A stretch of DNA of 64,000 bases from Nitrosopumilus sp. GTDB taxonomy: Archaea > Thermoproteota > Nitrososphaeria > Nitrososphaerales > Nitrosopumilaceae. Below, in pieces: positions 20,464 to 30,681 of this stretch (its first letter is position 1; the number at the start of each line of letters is the position of its first letter). The stretch is taken from positions 1,088,001 to 1,152,000 of the forward strand of contig CBDBLO010000002.1 of NCBI GenBank assembly GCA_965207075.1, written 5' to 3'. The notes under the pieces are model-generated. The model was not told where the DNA came from. It did no database searches and saw only the letters and a list, made by a program, of their open reading frames with translations. Position numbers and translations under genes: made by a program.

Positions 20464-23400
20464 ATGCTGACTTTCCGCGGTTTTGCCACAGTTGCTGTCG
20501 GCCGTGCCGGACCCCGGAGACGGTCGCCGGGTCGGCCGTTGGCCGTATTTGCGGTGCTGCTGCTGGTGGCGACGGCCGCCGGGGCGCTCGTGCTGCTGCC
20601 CGGCCTGCAAGGCGCGCCGCAGGCGGACGATGGCGGATCGGAGCGGGGGGCGCCGTATGCGCAGCCGGCGCTGTATGCGCAGCCAGCGCAGGGCAGCGGG
20701 ACGCCTGCGTGGCCGTTCCCGTACGCGCCGGCGCAGGCGCTGCACGCGGCCGGTGCGGCAGGGGCCGCGCCATCCGCGGATCTCGCGCCCGCCCCGCCTT
20801 GGCCCGCCCTGGCGGATGCGCCGGGGCATGCGGCGCTACTGCTGCTGCCGCAGGCGCACGCGCAGGCGCCTGACACCGGCGCCTTTGTCACCACGTGGAA
20901 CACCACCGGGAGGCCTATCAGCTCTACTTCCAGCCTGGCGGACGTCCGCTTCCACATAGGCGTGGCGCCCGGCGGCCAGGCGTACATAGACTGGGGGGAC
21001 GGCTACGCGCCGCGGTCGTACAACGCGTCCGGACCAGTGTACCGCTTTTACACGTACGACGGGCCTCCCGCGCCCAGAAATGCCACGGTGTCGATCTCCG
21101 GCGACTTGGCGCACTTTTACTTTCACTACTATGAACCCTCCCTGACCGGGGACACCCCGGATAAGCTCCTGTCACTGGACCAGTGGGGCGACATCAGGTG
21201 GTCCGACATGACGTACATGTTCAGGGGCGCCAAAAACATGCAGTACCTAGCGGCCGACGCGCCGGACCTCTCCTCCCGGCCCTCAGTGGCGGGCATGTTT
21301 TACAAGACGTACTTTGACGGCGACCTGTCCGGATGGGACGTGTCGCCCCTGACCAGCACAAAACAGATGTTCTACAGGGCCTACGGCTTTGACGGCGACC
21401 TGTCCGGATGGGACGTCTCCGGCGTGACCGACATGACGTACATGTTCTTTGGAGCCAGCGCATTCAACGGCGACATCTCCGGATGGGATGTCTCCAGCGT
21501 GGAGCACATGACGCAGATGTTCATGTCCGCAGACTCCTTCAACGGCGACATCTCCGGATGGGACGTCTCCTCCGTGAAGTTCATGACGCAGATGTTCAAG
21601 GCCGCAGAGTCCTTCAACGGTGACATCTCCGGCTGGAACGTCTCCTCCGTGGACGACCCGTACGGCATGGCTCTCATGCTGGACTACGCCTTCTCCTTTG
21701 ACAGGAACCTGGGGCCGTGGTTTATCGTCCTGGATGACACGCACGTAGACCACGGCGGGACGCTGGTTGCGGACATATCCCCGCAAGTCGGGTTCGACAC
21801 TGGCGTTGACAACTACAACATCACGGGCGCCGACGCCGATCATTTCGCGATCACGGACGGGCGACTCGTCCTCAATTCCGCGTCTGACCATCACTCCAAA
21901 TCCGAGTACCGCATAACGATAACTGCCAACACCACCGAGGTGAACCTCATCTCTCCCGGCATGGAGCATTCCATCTCCCCCACCATCAGGGTCAAGTCAC
22001 CCTCCCAGTCGGCCCCGGTCGTCGCCTCCATCACGAGGCACGACCCCGCCTTTGCCACCACCGACGGCGGCACGCTCGTGTTCGGCGTGGAGTTCAGCAA
22101 GGCCGTGACCGGCGTGGACGCGGGCGACTTTGCGCTAGCCCCGGGCAGCCCGGGCGTCGACTACCTGAAGCACACGTACTCCAGCTCGCCGGCCCTGCGC
22201 GTGCCGTACGACGTATACACGGATGACACGATTACAGTCACCGACTCCGGGAAGGCCTCGTCCGTGTCAGTATCGGTGGACATCGAGCACGACTACATCA
22301 GCGACCTCCTAGTGCAGCTCGTGGCGCCCGACGGCACCGCCAGGATGCTGCACGACCGCGCCGGCGGCGGCGGCAACAACATAACCAAGACCTACGAGGT
22401 GGACCTTGCCGGCGTCGAGATCAACGGGGACTGGGCGCTGCGCCTCCACGACGACTACGACGGGGACGAGGGCACCCTGCACAGCTGGAACCTGACGCTC
22501 GGGGTGGACGCCAAACGGGTGACCTCCGTTGCCGGCTCGGGCAGCCAGTACTACGTCACAGTCGCGTCGCCGCAGCCAGGCACGTACAACCTGGATATCT
22601 CGCGGTACAACGACATCGCGGATAGTTCGGGCCGCGCCCTGTCGTCCCTTGCCCCTGCAGGGGACGACCAGTCCTACACCGTCACCCCCCCGTCCCGGCC
22701 GGTGATCACGCTGCTTGGATCGCCGACCGTGTCCGTGCCGGTCGGCTCCACATACGCGGACGCCGGCGCCGCGTGCGACGACGGCCACGGCAACGACATC
22801 TCGGCCAGGCTGGTCACCGTAAATCCAGTAGACACGGGCGCCGCCGACACGTACACAGTAACTTACGAGTGCTCATCCGATTCGGGTAGGTCCGCCGCCC
22901 CTGCAACCCGGACTGTAACCGTGTCGGAGCCGCCCCCGCACGTGGAGTCCATCACGAGGCACGACCCGGCCGACGCCGCCACCGACAGCGGCACGCTCAC
23001 GTTCGGCGTGGCGTTCAGCAAGGCCGTGACCGGCGTGGACGCGGGCGACTTTGCGCTCGCGGCTGGCAGCCCGGGCGCCGACTACCTGGAGCACGCGTAC
23101 TCCAGCTCGCCTGCCCTGCACGTGCCGTACGACGTATACACGGATGACACGATTACGGTCACCGACTCCGGGAAGGCCTCGTCCGTGTCAGTATCGGTGG
23201 ACATTACGCATGGCTACATCGGCGACCTTTTGGTGCAGCTCGTGGCGCCCGACGGCACCGCCAAGACGCTGCACAACCGCACCGGCGCCGGCTATGATAA
23301 CAACATAACCAAGACCTACGAGGTGGACCTTGCCGGGACCGAGATCAGCGGGGACTGGACGCTGCGCCTCCACGACAACTACGACGGGGACGAGGGCACC

Positions 23401-25815
23401 CTGCACATCTGGAACCTGACGCTCCGGGTGGACGCCACACGGGCGGCCTCCGTTGCCGGCTCGGGCAGCCAGTACTATGTCACGGTCGCGTCGCTGCAGG
23501 CGGGCACGTACAACCTGGACGTCGCGGGGGACAACGACATCGTAGATGGCTCGGGCCGCGCCCTGTCGGGCCCTGCTCCAACAGGCGAAGACCAGTCCTA
23601 CACCGTCACCGTCCGGATTCTGCCGGTGATCACGCTGCTTGGATCGCCGACTGTGTCCGTGCCGGTCGGCTCCACATACGCGGACGCCGGCGCCACGTGC
23701 GACGACGGCCACGGCAACGACATCTCGTCCAGGCTGGTCACCATAAATCCAGTAGACACGGGCGCCGCCGACACGTACACAGTAACTTACGAGTGCTCAT
23801 CCGATTCGGGTAAGTCCGCCGCCCCGGCAACCCGGACGGTGACCGTGTCAGATCCACCTCCATACGTGGAGTCCATCACGAGGCACGACCCCGCCTTTGC
23901 CACCACCGACAGCGGCACGCTCGTGTTCGGCGTGGCGTTCAGCAAGGCCGTGACCGGCGTGGACGCGGGCGACTTTGCGCTCGCCCCGGGCAGCCCGGGC
24001 GCCGGCACCCTGATGTATGAATACTCCAGCTCGCCTGCCCTGCACGTGCCGTACGACGTGTACACGGCTGACACGATTGCAGTCACCGACTCCGGCGCGG
24101 CCTCGTCCGTGTCCGTGTCCGTTGACATCGAGCACGGCTACATCGGCGACCTCCTGGTGCAGCTCGTGGCGCCCGACGGCACCGCCAAGACGCTGCACAA
24201 CCGCACCGACAGTCACAATGACAACATAACCAAGGCCTACGAGGTGGACCTTGCCGGAACCGAGATCAGCGGGAACTGGACGCTGCGCCTCCACGACAAC
24301 TACTACTTAGACGAGGGCACCCTGCACAGCTGGAACCTGACGCTCGGGGTGGACGTCGAACGGGTGACCTCCGTTGCCGGCTCGGGCAGCCAGTACTACG
24401 TCACAGTCGCGTCGCTGCAGCCGGGCACGTACAACCTGAATATCGCGGAGGACAACGACATCGCGGACGGCTCGGGCCGCGCCCTGTCGGGCCTTGCCCC
24501 GGCAGGCGACGACCAGTCATACACGGTCACCCCGCCGTCCCAGCCGGTGATCACGCTGGCCGGCCCGCCGACGGTGTCCGTATCAACCGGCTCCGCGTAC
24601 GCGGACGACGGCGCCACGTGCGATGACGGCAACGGCAACGACATCTCGTCCAGACTGGTCACGACGAATCCCGTAAACACGGGTGTCGCCGGCACGTACA
24701 CCGTAACGTACGAATGCTCATCCGATTCGGGTAGGTCCGCCGCCCCGGCAACCCGGACGGTGACCGTGTCAGATCCACCTCCATACGTGGAGTCCATCAC
24801 TAGATATGACCCGGCCGACGCCGCCACCGACAGCGGCACGCTCGTGTTCAACGTGACGTTCAGCAAGGCCGTGACCGGCGTGGACGCGGGCGACTTTGCG
24901 CTCGCGCCTGGCAGCCCGGGCGCCACCCACCTGGAGCACACGTACTCCAGCTCGCCGGCCCTGCACGTGCCGTACGACGTGTACACGGCTGACACGATTG
25001 CAGTCACCGACTCCGGCGCGGCCTCGTCCGTGTCCGTGTCCGTTGACATCGAGCACGAACACGTAGGCGACCTCCTGGTGCAGCTCGTGGCGCCCGACGG
25101 CACCGCCAGGACGCTGCACGACCGCGCCGGCCGATCCGCCGACGACATAACCAAGGCCTACGAGGTGGACCTTGCCGGAACCGAGATCAGCGGGAACTGG
25201 ACGATGCGCCTCCACGACAACTACGATGCGGACGAGGGCACCCTGCACAGCTGGAACCTGACGCTCGGGGTAGGCTTCGACCCGGAGACTTCCGTTGCCG
25301 GCTCGGGCAGCCAGTACTACGTCACAGTCGCGTCGCCGCAGGCAGGCACGTACAACCTGGATATCGCGGAGGACAACGACATCGCGGACGGCTCGGGCCG
25401 CGCCCTGTCGGGCCTTGCCCCGGCAGGCGCCGACCAGTCCTACACGGTCACCGCCACGCCTGGATCCAAAACGCTCGCGCGTACCAGCTCGCCGGCCCTG
25501 CACGTGCCGTACGACGCGTACACGGCTGACACAATTACAGTCACCGACTCCGGCACGGCCGTGTCCGTGTCCGTGTCCGTTGACATCGAGCACGAACACG
25601 TAGGCGACCTCCTGGTGCAGCTCGTGGCGCCCGACGGCACCACCAGGACGCTGCACGACCGCGCCGGCCGATCCGCCGACGACATAACCAAGACTTACGA
25701 GGTGGACCTTGCCGGAATCGCTATCAACGGAATATGGACGCTGCATCTTCACGACAACTATAACGGAGACGAGGGCACCCTGAACAGCTGGACACTTATG
25801 ATCGACTACAGATGA
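20464..25815 (+). CDS. Surface protein: DUF285/BspA-type repeats, 5 proprotein-convertase P-domain-like modules, 3 DUF5011-like Ig domains
   Basis: Hydrophobic N-terminal segment; 5 W(D/N)VS repeats; 5 copies of VSVDIxHxxxxDLLVQLVAPDGT...GxWxLxLHD...GTLxxW; ~920-bp internal period. Start uncertain. Confidence 0.85.
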   Translation: MLTFRGFATVAVGRAGPRRRSPGRPLAVFAVLLLVATAAGALVLLPGLQGAPQADDGGSERGAPYAQPALYAQPAQGSGTPAWPFPYAPAQALHAAGAAGAAPSADLAPAPPWPALADAPGHAALLLLPQAHAQAPDTGAFVTTWNTTGRPISSTSSLADVRFHIGVAPGGQAYIDWGDGYAPRSYNASGPVYRFYTYDGPPAPRNATVSISGDLAHFYFHYYEPSLTGDTPDKLLSLDQWGDIRWSDMTYMFRGAKNMQYLAADAPDLSSRPSVAGMFYKTYFDGDLSGWDVSPLTSTKQMFYRAYGFDGDLSGWDVSGVTDMTYMFFGASAFNGDISGWDVSSVEHMTQMFMSADSFNGDISGWDVSSVKFMTQMFKAAESFNGDISGWNVSSVDDPYGMALMLDYAFSFDRNLGPWFIVLDDTHVDHGGTLVADISPQVGFDTGVDNYNITGADADHFAITDGRLVLNSASDHHSKSEYRITITANTTEVNLISPGMEHSISPTIRVKSPSQSAPVVASITRHDPAFATTDGGTLVFGVEFSKAVTGVDAGDFALAPGSPGVDYLKHTYSSSPALRVPYDVYTDDTITVTDSGKASSVSVSVDIEHDYISDLLVQLVAPDGTARMLHDRAGGGGNNITKTYEVDLAGVEINGDWALRLHDDYDGDEGTLHSWNLTLGVDAKRVTSVAGSGSQYYVTVASPQPGTYNLDISRYNDIADSSGRALSSLAPAGDDQSYTVTPPSRPVITLLGSPTVSVPVGSTYADAGAACDDGHGNDISARLVTVNPVDTGAADTYTVTYECSSDSGRSAAPATRTVTVSEPPPHVESITRHDPADAATDSGTLTFGVAFSKAVTGVDAGDFALAAGSPGADYLEHAYSSSPALHVPYDVYTDDTITVTDSGKASSVSVSVDITHGYIGDLLVQLVAPDGTAKTLHNRTGAGYDNNITKTYEVDLAGTEISGDWTLRLHDNYDGDEGTLHIWNLTLRVDATRAASVAGSGSQYYVTVASLQAGTYNLDVAGDNDIVDGSGRALSGPAPTGEDQSYTVTVRILPVITLLGSPTVSVPVGSTYADAGATCDDGHGNDISSRLVTINPVDTGAADTYTVTYECSSDSGKSAAPATRTVTVSDPPPYVESITRHDPAFATTDSGTLVFGVAFSKAVTGVDAGDFALAPGSPGAGTLMYEYSSSPALHVPYDVYTADTIAVTDSGAASSVSVSVDIEHGYIGDLLVQLVAPDGTAKTLHNRTDSHNDNITKAYEVDLAGTEISGNWTLRLHDNYYLDEGTLHSWNLTLGVDVERVTSVAGSGSQYYVTVASLQPGTYNLNIAEDNDIADGSGRALSGLAPAGDDQSYTVTPPSQPVITLAGPPTVSVSTGSAYADDGATCDDGNGNDISSRLVTTNPVNTGVAGTYTVTYECSSDSGRSAAPATRTVTVSDPPPYVESITRYDPADAATDSGTLVFNVTFSKAVTGVDAGDFALAPGSPGATHLEHTYSSSPALHVPYDVYTADTIAVTDSGAASSVSVSVDIEHEHVGDLLVQLVAPDGTARTLHDRAGRSADDITKAYEVDLAGTEISGNWTMRLHDNYDADEGTLHSWNLTLGVGFDPETSVAGSGSQYYVTVASPQAGTYNLDIAEDNDIADGSGRALSGLAPAGADQSYTVTATPGSKTLARTSSPALHVPYDAYTADTITVTDSGTAVSVSVSVDIEHEHVGDLLVQLVAPDGTTRTLHDRAGRSADDITKTYEVDLAGIAINGIWTLHLHDNYNGDEGTLNSWTLMIDYR

Positions 25816-25816
25816 C

Positions 25817-26092
25817 GTGCCTGAACAGCCGGCCTCCTATGGCCAACTGCAGGCTGCAACGGACATCGCCCTTTGGAGCAGTCTGCCGGCCAGAGCCAAA
25901 CTGGCTTGTACGAACAGTCGTATTCCAGATGCGCCGCCGCCCTTCATGCTTTCCGCGGCAGTATACAACTCGTGGGTCATGGCAAACGCCATGCTGGCGC
26001 GGCGCCACAACGTATCGGCCGGGGAGCCTCTCATCACACAGCAGCAGATCAAAGGTGGTGAAAGTGAAGGGCGTCAATTCCAAGCTTCATGA
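25817..26092 (+). pseudogene. Possible C-terminal remnant of an archaeal IS4/ISH3-like transposase
   Basis: FMLSAAVYNSWVMANAML...PLITQ resembles the terminal helix of these transposases; heavily degenerate. Confidence 0.3.
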
Positions 26093-26671
26093 GATAACAA
26101 AAAAGCCAATACTCCGAATGATGGCGCTCTTAGGCCCGTACAATCCCAGAAGGACGTGCTTGACGCGCTGGACCGCTCCATGTGCGACAGGAGGGAGTTG
26201 GGCAGACTTCAGAAAATATGGTCTTCTTGATTTCACAGGCATGATGTGATGGGTCTCCCCCATCCAAACGTCAATTATCAACGTGTTCAGTACGCTTATT
26301 GAAACCTAAAAAAGCAGCAAACTGGGTGCGAATTATACAAGAGTGTGGGCCGAATACAATAGACGAGACTGTGGCCCCGTCGACCGGACCGTCCGGATCA
26401 AGCGGCGCTCCTGCCATGTTACAAAGTATTGCCAAGGCCGCCCCGTGCAGGGCCCGGTCTCCCTGCTGCCTGTAGCATGCCCCGGTGCTCTCCTCCGGTA
26501 CCCCCTGTCGACATCAGTGTCCCCCGCTGCACCCGCCCCGGCGGTAGGCTGGCGGCGTGGGCCATCAGGCCGCCTGTGATCCTGCGTCGTGCGCGGCGGT
26601 GTTCCGGCCTCGGATCCACATGATGGGGTCGTGCGCGGCGCGGCATCTCCGCCCTTCCGTGCATGCCGCAT

Positions 26672-26869
26672 TCACAGGTTCGACGCCCTTTCGAACTTTA
26701 CGTCCGTGTCGTCCCTGTCGAGCGCGAATCCGCAGTTGCGGCACCTCGTCCCATCAAACGTGTTCCTTTCTGCCAGCCTGCCTGACTTTGTGCGGTGCTG
26801 CGTGCAGCTTCTGGGGCACGTGCGGAGCCTCCCTGCCGGCGTCTTTGCCCCCATGCATGCCGGACGCAC
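26672..26869 (-). pseudogene. Possible TnpB (IS605-type) C-terminal Zn-ribbon remnant
   Basis: RTCPRSC...F...CRNCGFALDRD resembles the TnpB CxxC...CxxCG...DRD motif. Confidence 0.4.
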
Positions 26870-26937
26870 GCGCTCTATTTTACTGATGCTGGCGACGGGA
26901 CTCGATTCGGTGCGCTCCTATGCGTGCACGCGGCGCG

Positions 26938-27984
26938 TCATGCGCCGTCCCCGCCACTGCTGCTGAGATACTCGTCTACGTCTAGCGCTGCCATGCAGCC
27001 AAACCCCGCCGCCGTGACGGCCTGCCTGTAGGTTGCATCGTGGACGTCCCCGGCGGCAAAGACTCCCTTGGCGCTGGTGCCCTGCCCGTCGCCCTTTAAC
27101 ACCACGTACTTTTTGGCGTCGAGATCGACCTGCCCCTCGAATAGGTCCGTGTTCGGCTTGTGCCCTATTGCAACGAAGAGGGCCCCCACGTCTAGCGTGT
27201 CCTCGTCGCCGGTCTTGGTGTTTCTTAGCACGATCTGCCTTACTTTGTTCTCGTCACCCCTTATGTCGGTCACCACCGAGTCCCAATGAAACACCATCTT
27301 CTTGTTTGCAAAGGCCCTTGTCTGCATGGCCTTGCTTGCGCGCAGCTCGTCCCTCCTGTGTATCAGGTGCACCTCCGTTCCGAACTTTGTCAGGAACGTC
27401 GCCTCCTCCATGGCCGTGTCTCCGCCCCCCACTACCACAATGGGCTGTCCCCTGAAGAACGGACCGTCGCACGTGGCGCAGTACGAGACCCCGCGCCCTC
27501 CGAACGTCTGCTCGCCCTCGAGCCCCAGTTTTTTCGGAGTCGCGCCCGTCGCTATGATTATGGCCCGTGCCTCGTATTCGGCGCTACCCGTCAGTACCCT
27601 GAGTGGGTTGCCCCTAAAGTCCACGTTTGTGACCTCGTGGTCCAGTATGGTGGTCCCCATCCTGGCACACTGCTTGCGCATGTCGATCATCAGGTCGGGG
27701 CCCATCACGCCGGACTTGAACCCGGGATAGTTCTCCACGTCCGTGGTGTTCACAAGCTGGCCTCCCGGCAGTATGCCTGAGAGCAGGAGCGTGTCATAGC
27801 CGCCACGGGAGCAGTATATCCCGGCCGTGTACCCGGCAGGACCTCCTCCGATTATAATCACATCGTACGATGTCTTGTCCCTGGCAGGGCCCGCATCGGC
27901 GTCTGGCCTTCTTCCTGCTCCGCCCGCGCCGTCACCGGAGCCACTGGCCTGTGACTCTGCAGCAGCTTCTGCTCCCGCCATCAT
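26938..27984 (-). CDS. trxB: Thioredoxin-disulfide reductase
   Basis: IIGGGPAG, VENYPG, SYCATCDG, VGGGDTA, VFAAGD. Start trimmed to MMAGAE. Confidence 0.95.
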   Translation of the reverse strand: MMAGAEAAAESQASGSGDGAGGAGRRPDADAGPARDKTSYDVIIIGGGPAGYTAGIYCSRGGYDTLLLSGILPGGQLVNTTDVENYPGFKSGVMGPDLMIDMRKQCARMGTTILDHEVTNVDFRGNPLRVLTGSAEYEARAIIIATGATPKKLGLEGEQTFGGRGVSYCATCDGPFFRGQPIVVVGGGDTAMEEATFLTKFGTEVHLIHRRDELRASKAMQTRAFANKKMVFHWDSVVTDIRGDENKVRQIVLRNTKTGDEDTLDVGALFVAIGHKPNTDLFEGQVDLDAKKYVVLKGDGQGTSAKGVFAAGDVHDATYRQAVTAAGFGCMAALDVDEYLSSSGGDGA

Positions 27985-28207
27985 GAATGCAACCCGAGCC
28001 ATGACAAATTTAAAGCCAATGCTGACGCGGCTTCCGCAAGCCGGCCTGCCGCGGGCGCGCCGGATGCCGCGCGCCGTGCGGCTTCTGACCCGTCCAAAGG
28101 GATGGGCGCCGCCGGGCGGACATCCAAACCGTAACAATACGTTTGAATACATACTAGATCGGCATATTTTTATATTCGTACCTAATTGTACCGTTAAGGA
28201 AGGTACA

Positions 28208-28597
28208 ATGCCAAAAGAAGGATTCAAGTCGATAACCGTCTCTGACTATATCTACGACCGGTTCCAGGAAGTCTACAACGGCAACAAGGAGACTCTGGCC
28301 ACGAAGGGCGTCAGGAGCCTCTCCGGCTACGTCTCGTACATGCTAGAGGAGGCCATGAACCGCGACGAGACTTTTGCCCGGTATGCGCCAAAGATCGAGA
28401 GCATCTCAGTTGAGGACGACCGCGTCATACTCAAGGACAACCTGAAGAACCGCATAGTGGAGATAGTGCTTCAAAAGGGCGAGCTGCACTGCTTCCTTTG
28501 CGATGCGGCGGACTGCATACACGTGGGCTATGTGTATTCGATGCCCGACGTGTACACCGCCCTTGACGCAAAGGGCATGGGCCGGCGCCCCGACTGA
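28208..28597 (+). CDS. Conserved-type small protein: RHH-like N-terminus + CxxC...CxH zinc finger
   Basis: MPKEGFKSITV..., HCFLCDAADCIHVGY; AT-rich TATA-like region upstream. Confidence 0.75.
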   Translation: MPKEGFKSITVSDYIYDRFQEVYNGNKETLATKGVRSLSGYVSYMLEEAMNRDETFARYAPKIESISVEDDRVILKDNLKNRIVEIVLQKGELHCFLCDAADCIHVGYVYSMPDVYTALDAKGMGRRPD

Positions 28598-28798
28598 CGT
28601 CGAAGGGACAAGAGCCGTGCCTGACACTGGCTGCAAGAAAGACTCTCTGTGTCTTTTTTTTTCACTGCATGCTTGCCCAAAAGTAGGCCCGGATGATTGG
28701 TTTTTGGTACTGGGTGTATCAGGCCTCAAACATCAGCGCGTATGGATTCATGGGGGGGGGGGGTGGAGGGGGCGCGGCAGCGGCAACCGTACGCCAAG

Positions 28799-29614
28799 TC
28801 ACGCCTTCATCTCATCGACCATTCTCCGGTGCCTGGCGCATAGCCGCGGGCTTGACACCTGGGTGCGTATCAGCTCGCTCTGCCAGTGTGCGTTATACAT
28901 GCGGCACGCGTCGTCCTGGCAGAACGCCTCCCCCGTCTCAAAGTACGCGACTGCCTGCAACAGGTACCCTCTTGCAATGTCCGGCATGCGGCGGTCGCCG
29001 CGTGTCATATAATCATATTTTCCGGCATCCTTGGCCGACACGTCGCCTGCGCCCCGCGCACGGCCGCCGGCCATGGCCGCGGCGTACAGTCCCGCAAGGC
29101 GCTCCGTATAGTACCCCCTAGGCCTTGCAGGGCCCTCGACAATCCCCTGCAGTGACACCAGGAACGGATTGGCCCCGACAAGCGTCCTTGCATGATATCT
29201 TTGGTCCCCCTCGTCAAACGTGCACGCAAGAACCCCCGTGAATACGACATGCAGTGTGGCGGGATCCGTGTGTGTCGGCCCGGGCCCCGCCCCAATCGTC
29301 TCGGACGCGGCATCGCACAGGGCAAACCCGTCGTACATGGCCGAGGAGCCGCCGTCCGGGCCGTCGCCACCACTGCCACCATCGCCTGCAGCCGCGACTG
29401 GTCCTCCCGCCACGTGTCCTGCGCGGCGCGCGCCCTCCGCACCGCATATCAGGGCCTTGGCCCTGTCACCCTCCGCAAAGGACCAGTCCTGCCTCAGTTC
29501 CACCCGTACCGCCGGAAACATGCCTCGTACGAACTCTGGCAGCCCCCGCGCGTTGATCTCTGTTGATACCTGAGGCTCGCAGCTGATTGCAATCCTTGAC
29601 GCCCTCATTGTCAT
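28799..29614 (-). CDS. Putative metallopeptidase-like protein (DUF6775-like)
   Basis: YHAR, GIVEGPARPRGYY, FC..DACRMYNAHWQ, LCARH. Confidence 0.6.
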   Translation of the reverse strand: MTMRASRIAISCEPQVSTEINARGLPEFVRGMFPAVRVELRQDWSFAEGDRAKALICGAEGARRAGHVAGGPVAAAGDGGSGGDGPDGGSSAMYDGFALCDAASETIGAGPGPTHTDPATLHVVFTGVLACTFDEGDQRYHARTLVGANPFLVSLQGIVEGPARPRGYYTERLAGLYAAAMAGGRARGAGDVSAKDAGKYDYMTRGDRRMPDIARGYLLQAVAYFETGEAFCQDDACRMYNAHWQSELIRTQVSSPRLCARHRRMVDEMKA

Positions 29615-29677
29615 CTACACCTCCGCCGATTCCTCAAACCGGCGCCGCGGGATCTGCCCCACGCCCCCGGCATCCTG

Positions 29678-30499
29678 CTATCTTTCCAGCTCCTTTATCT
29701 TTGCGGCCGTAATCTCCGCCGCCCTCTTTCCTGAAAACAGCATGGAACCAAAGGTGGGCCCCATGCGCGGGAGCCCGTGCGTTTCAGTCACGGACATGCC
29801 GGCGGCGACCAGTCCCGGATAGACCTCCCCCGTCTTTTCAACGACGCTCTCCTCGCCCTCGTTGACGTACATCGGATTCATGCCCTTCCATGTGACGAGG
29901 CCCCTGTCGACCAGCCTCTTCACCGCCACAGAGTCGTGCCCTGACGCGTCGATTATCATTCTCGCCTCGAACGCGACTGGGTCGACGCACGTTATGTTGC
30001 GCGGCAGCGCCGAGACGGGCATCCAGTTTACGACTATGCCGGAGACCCTTCCGTTTTTCATTACGAGGTCGTCAAACTTTGTCAGGTTGAGGAACTTGAC
30101 GCCCGCGTCACAGGCTCCTGCTATCAGCTTTGAGACCGCGTGTGGGCCAGGCGTTATGTACAGGCCCTCTCCTGCTTTTTTGTACGGAACTCCGAGCTCG
30201 TCCCATATCTTCTGGGCCGGCTCCCTGACCGTAACGGGGTTCATCATGTAGCCCCCCAGCCAGTACCCGCCTCCAAGATAGTTGTTCTGCTCTATTATCA
30301 AAACCTTGAACCCCATGTTTGAGAGGTCCCTGCCGGCCGTCAGCCCCGAGGGCCCCGCCCCTATTATAATGACGTCCGAGTCGGCCCTGTCTATCAGGAC
30401 GTCGTGGAACTCGTTTGCGATGGCCCTTGTGATCTCGACCTCGCTTACGTCCGCGAAGATCTTGGGCTGCACCTCTGTAACGACGGCGGCCTCTTGCAT
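29678..30499 (-). CDS. thi4: Thiazole (adenylated thiazole) synthase, THI4 family
   Basis: IIGAGPSG, LGGGYWLGG, TCVDP, RMGPTFGSMLFSG. Confidence 0.92.
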   Translation of the reverse strand: MQEAAVVTEVQPKIFADVSEVEITRAIANEFHDVLIDRADSDVIIIGAGPSGLTAGRDLSNMGFKVLIIEQNNYLGGGYWLGGYMMNPVTVREPAQKIWDELGVPYKKAGEGLYITPGPHAVSKLIAGACDAGVKFLNLTKFDDLVMKNGRVSGIVVNWMPVSALPRNITCVDPVAFEARMIIDASGHDSVAVKRLVDRGLVTWKGMNPMYVNEGEESVVEKTGEVYPGLVAAGMSVTETHGLPRMGPTFGSMLFSGKRAAEITAAKIKELER

Positions 30500-30681
30500 G
30501 TGTGTGCTGCCCCGGCTTTACAATTAATACCTTGCCAAAAGTATCTGGGCAGAATTGTTAGCGCGCTTCTGCCCGTGGCGCCTAAAGACGAGCTGCGACT
30601 CGCCGCTCGCGTCCGGCCGTTCCGGAATCTAGAGCCCGGAAACCTCATCAAATTTATAATCCGCCTCTGCAAAACTGTTAC

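Noticed and set aside
30500-30681. TPP riboswitch upstream of thi4
   Set aside because: Conserved TPP aptamer motifs were not found
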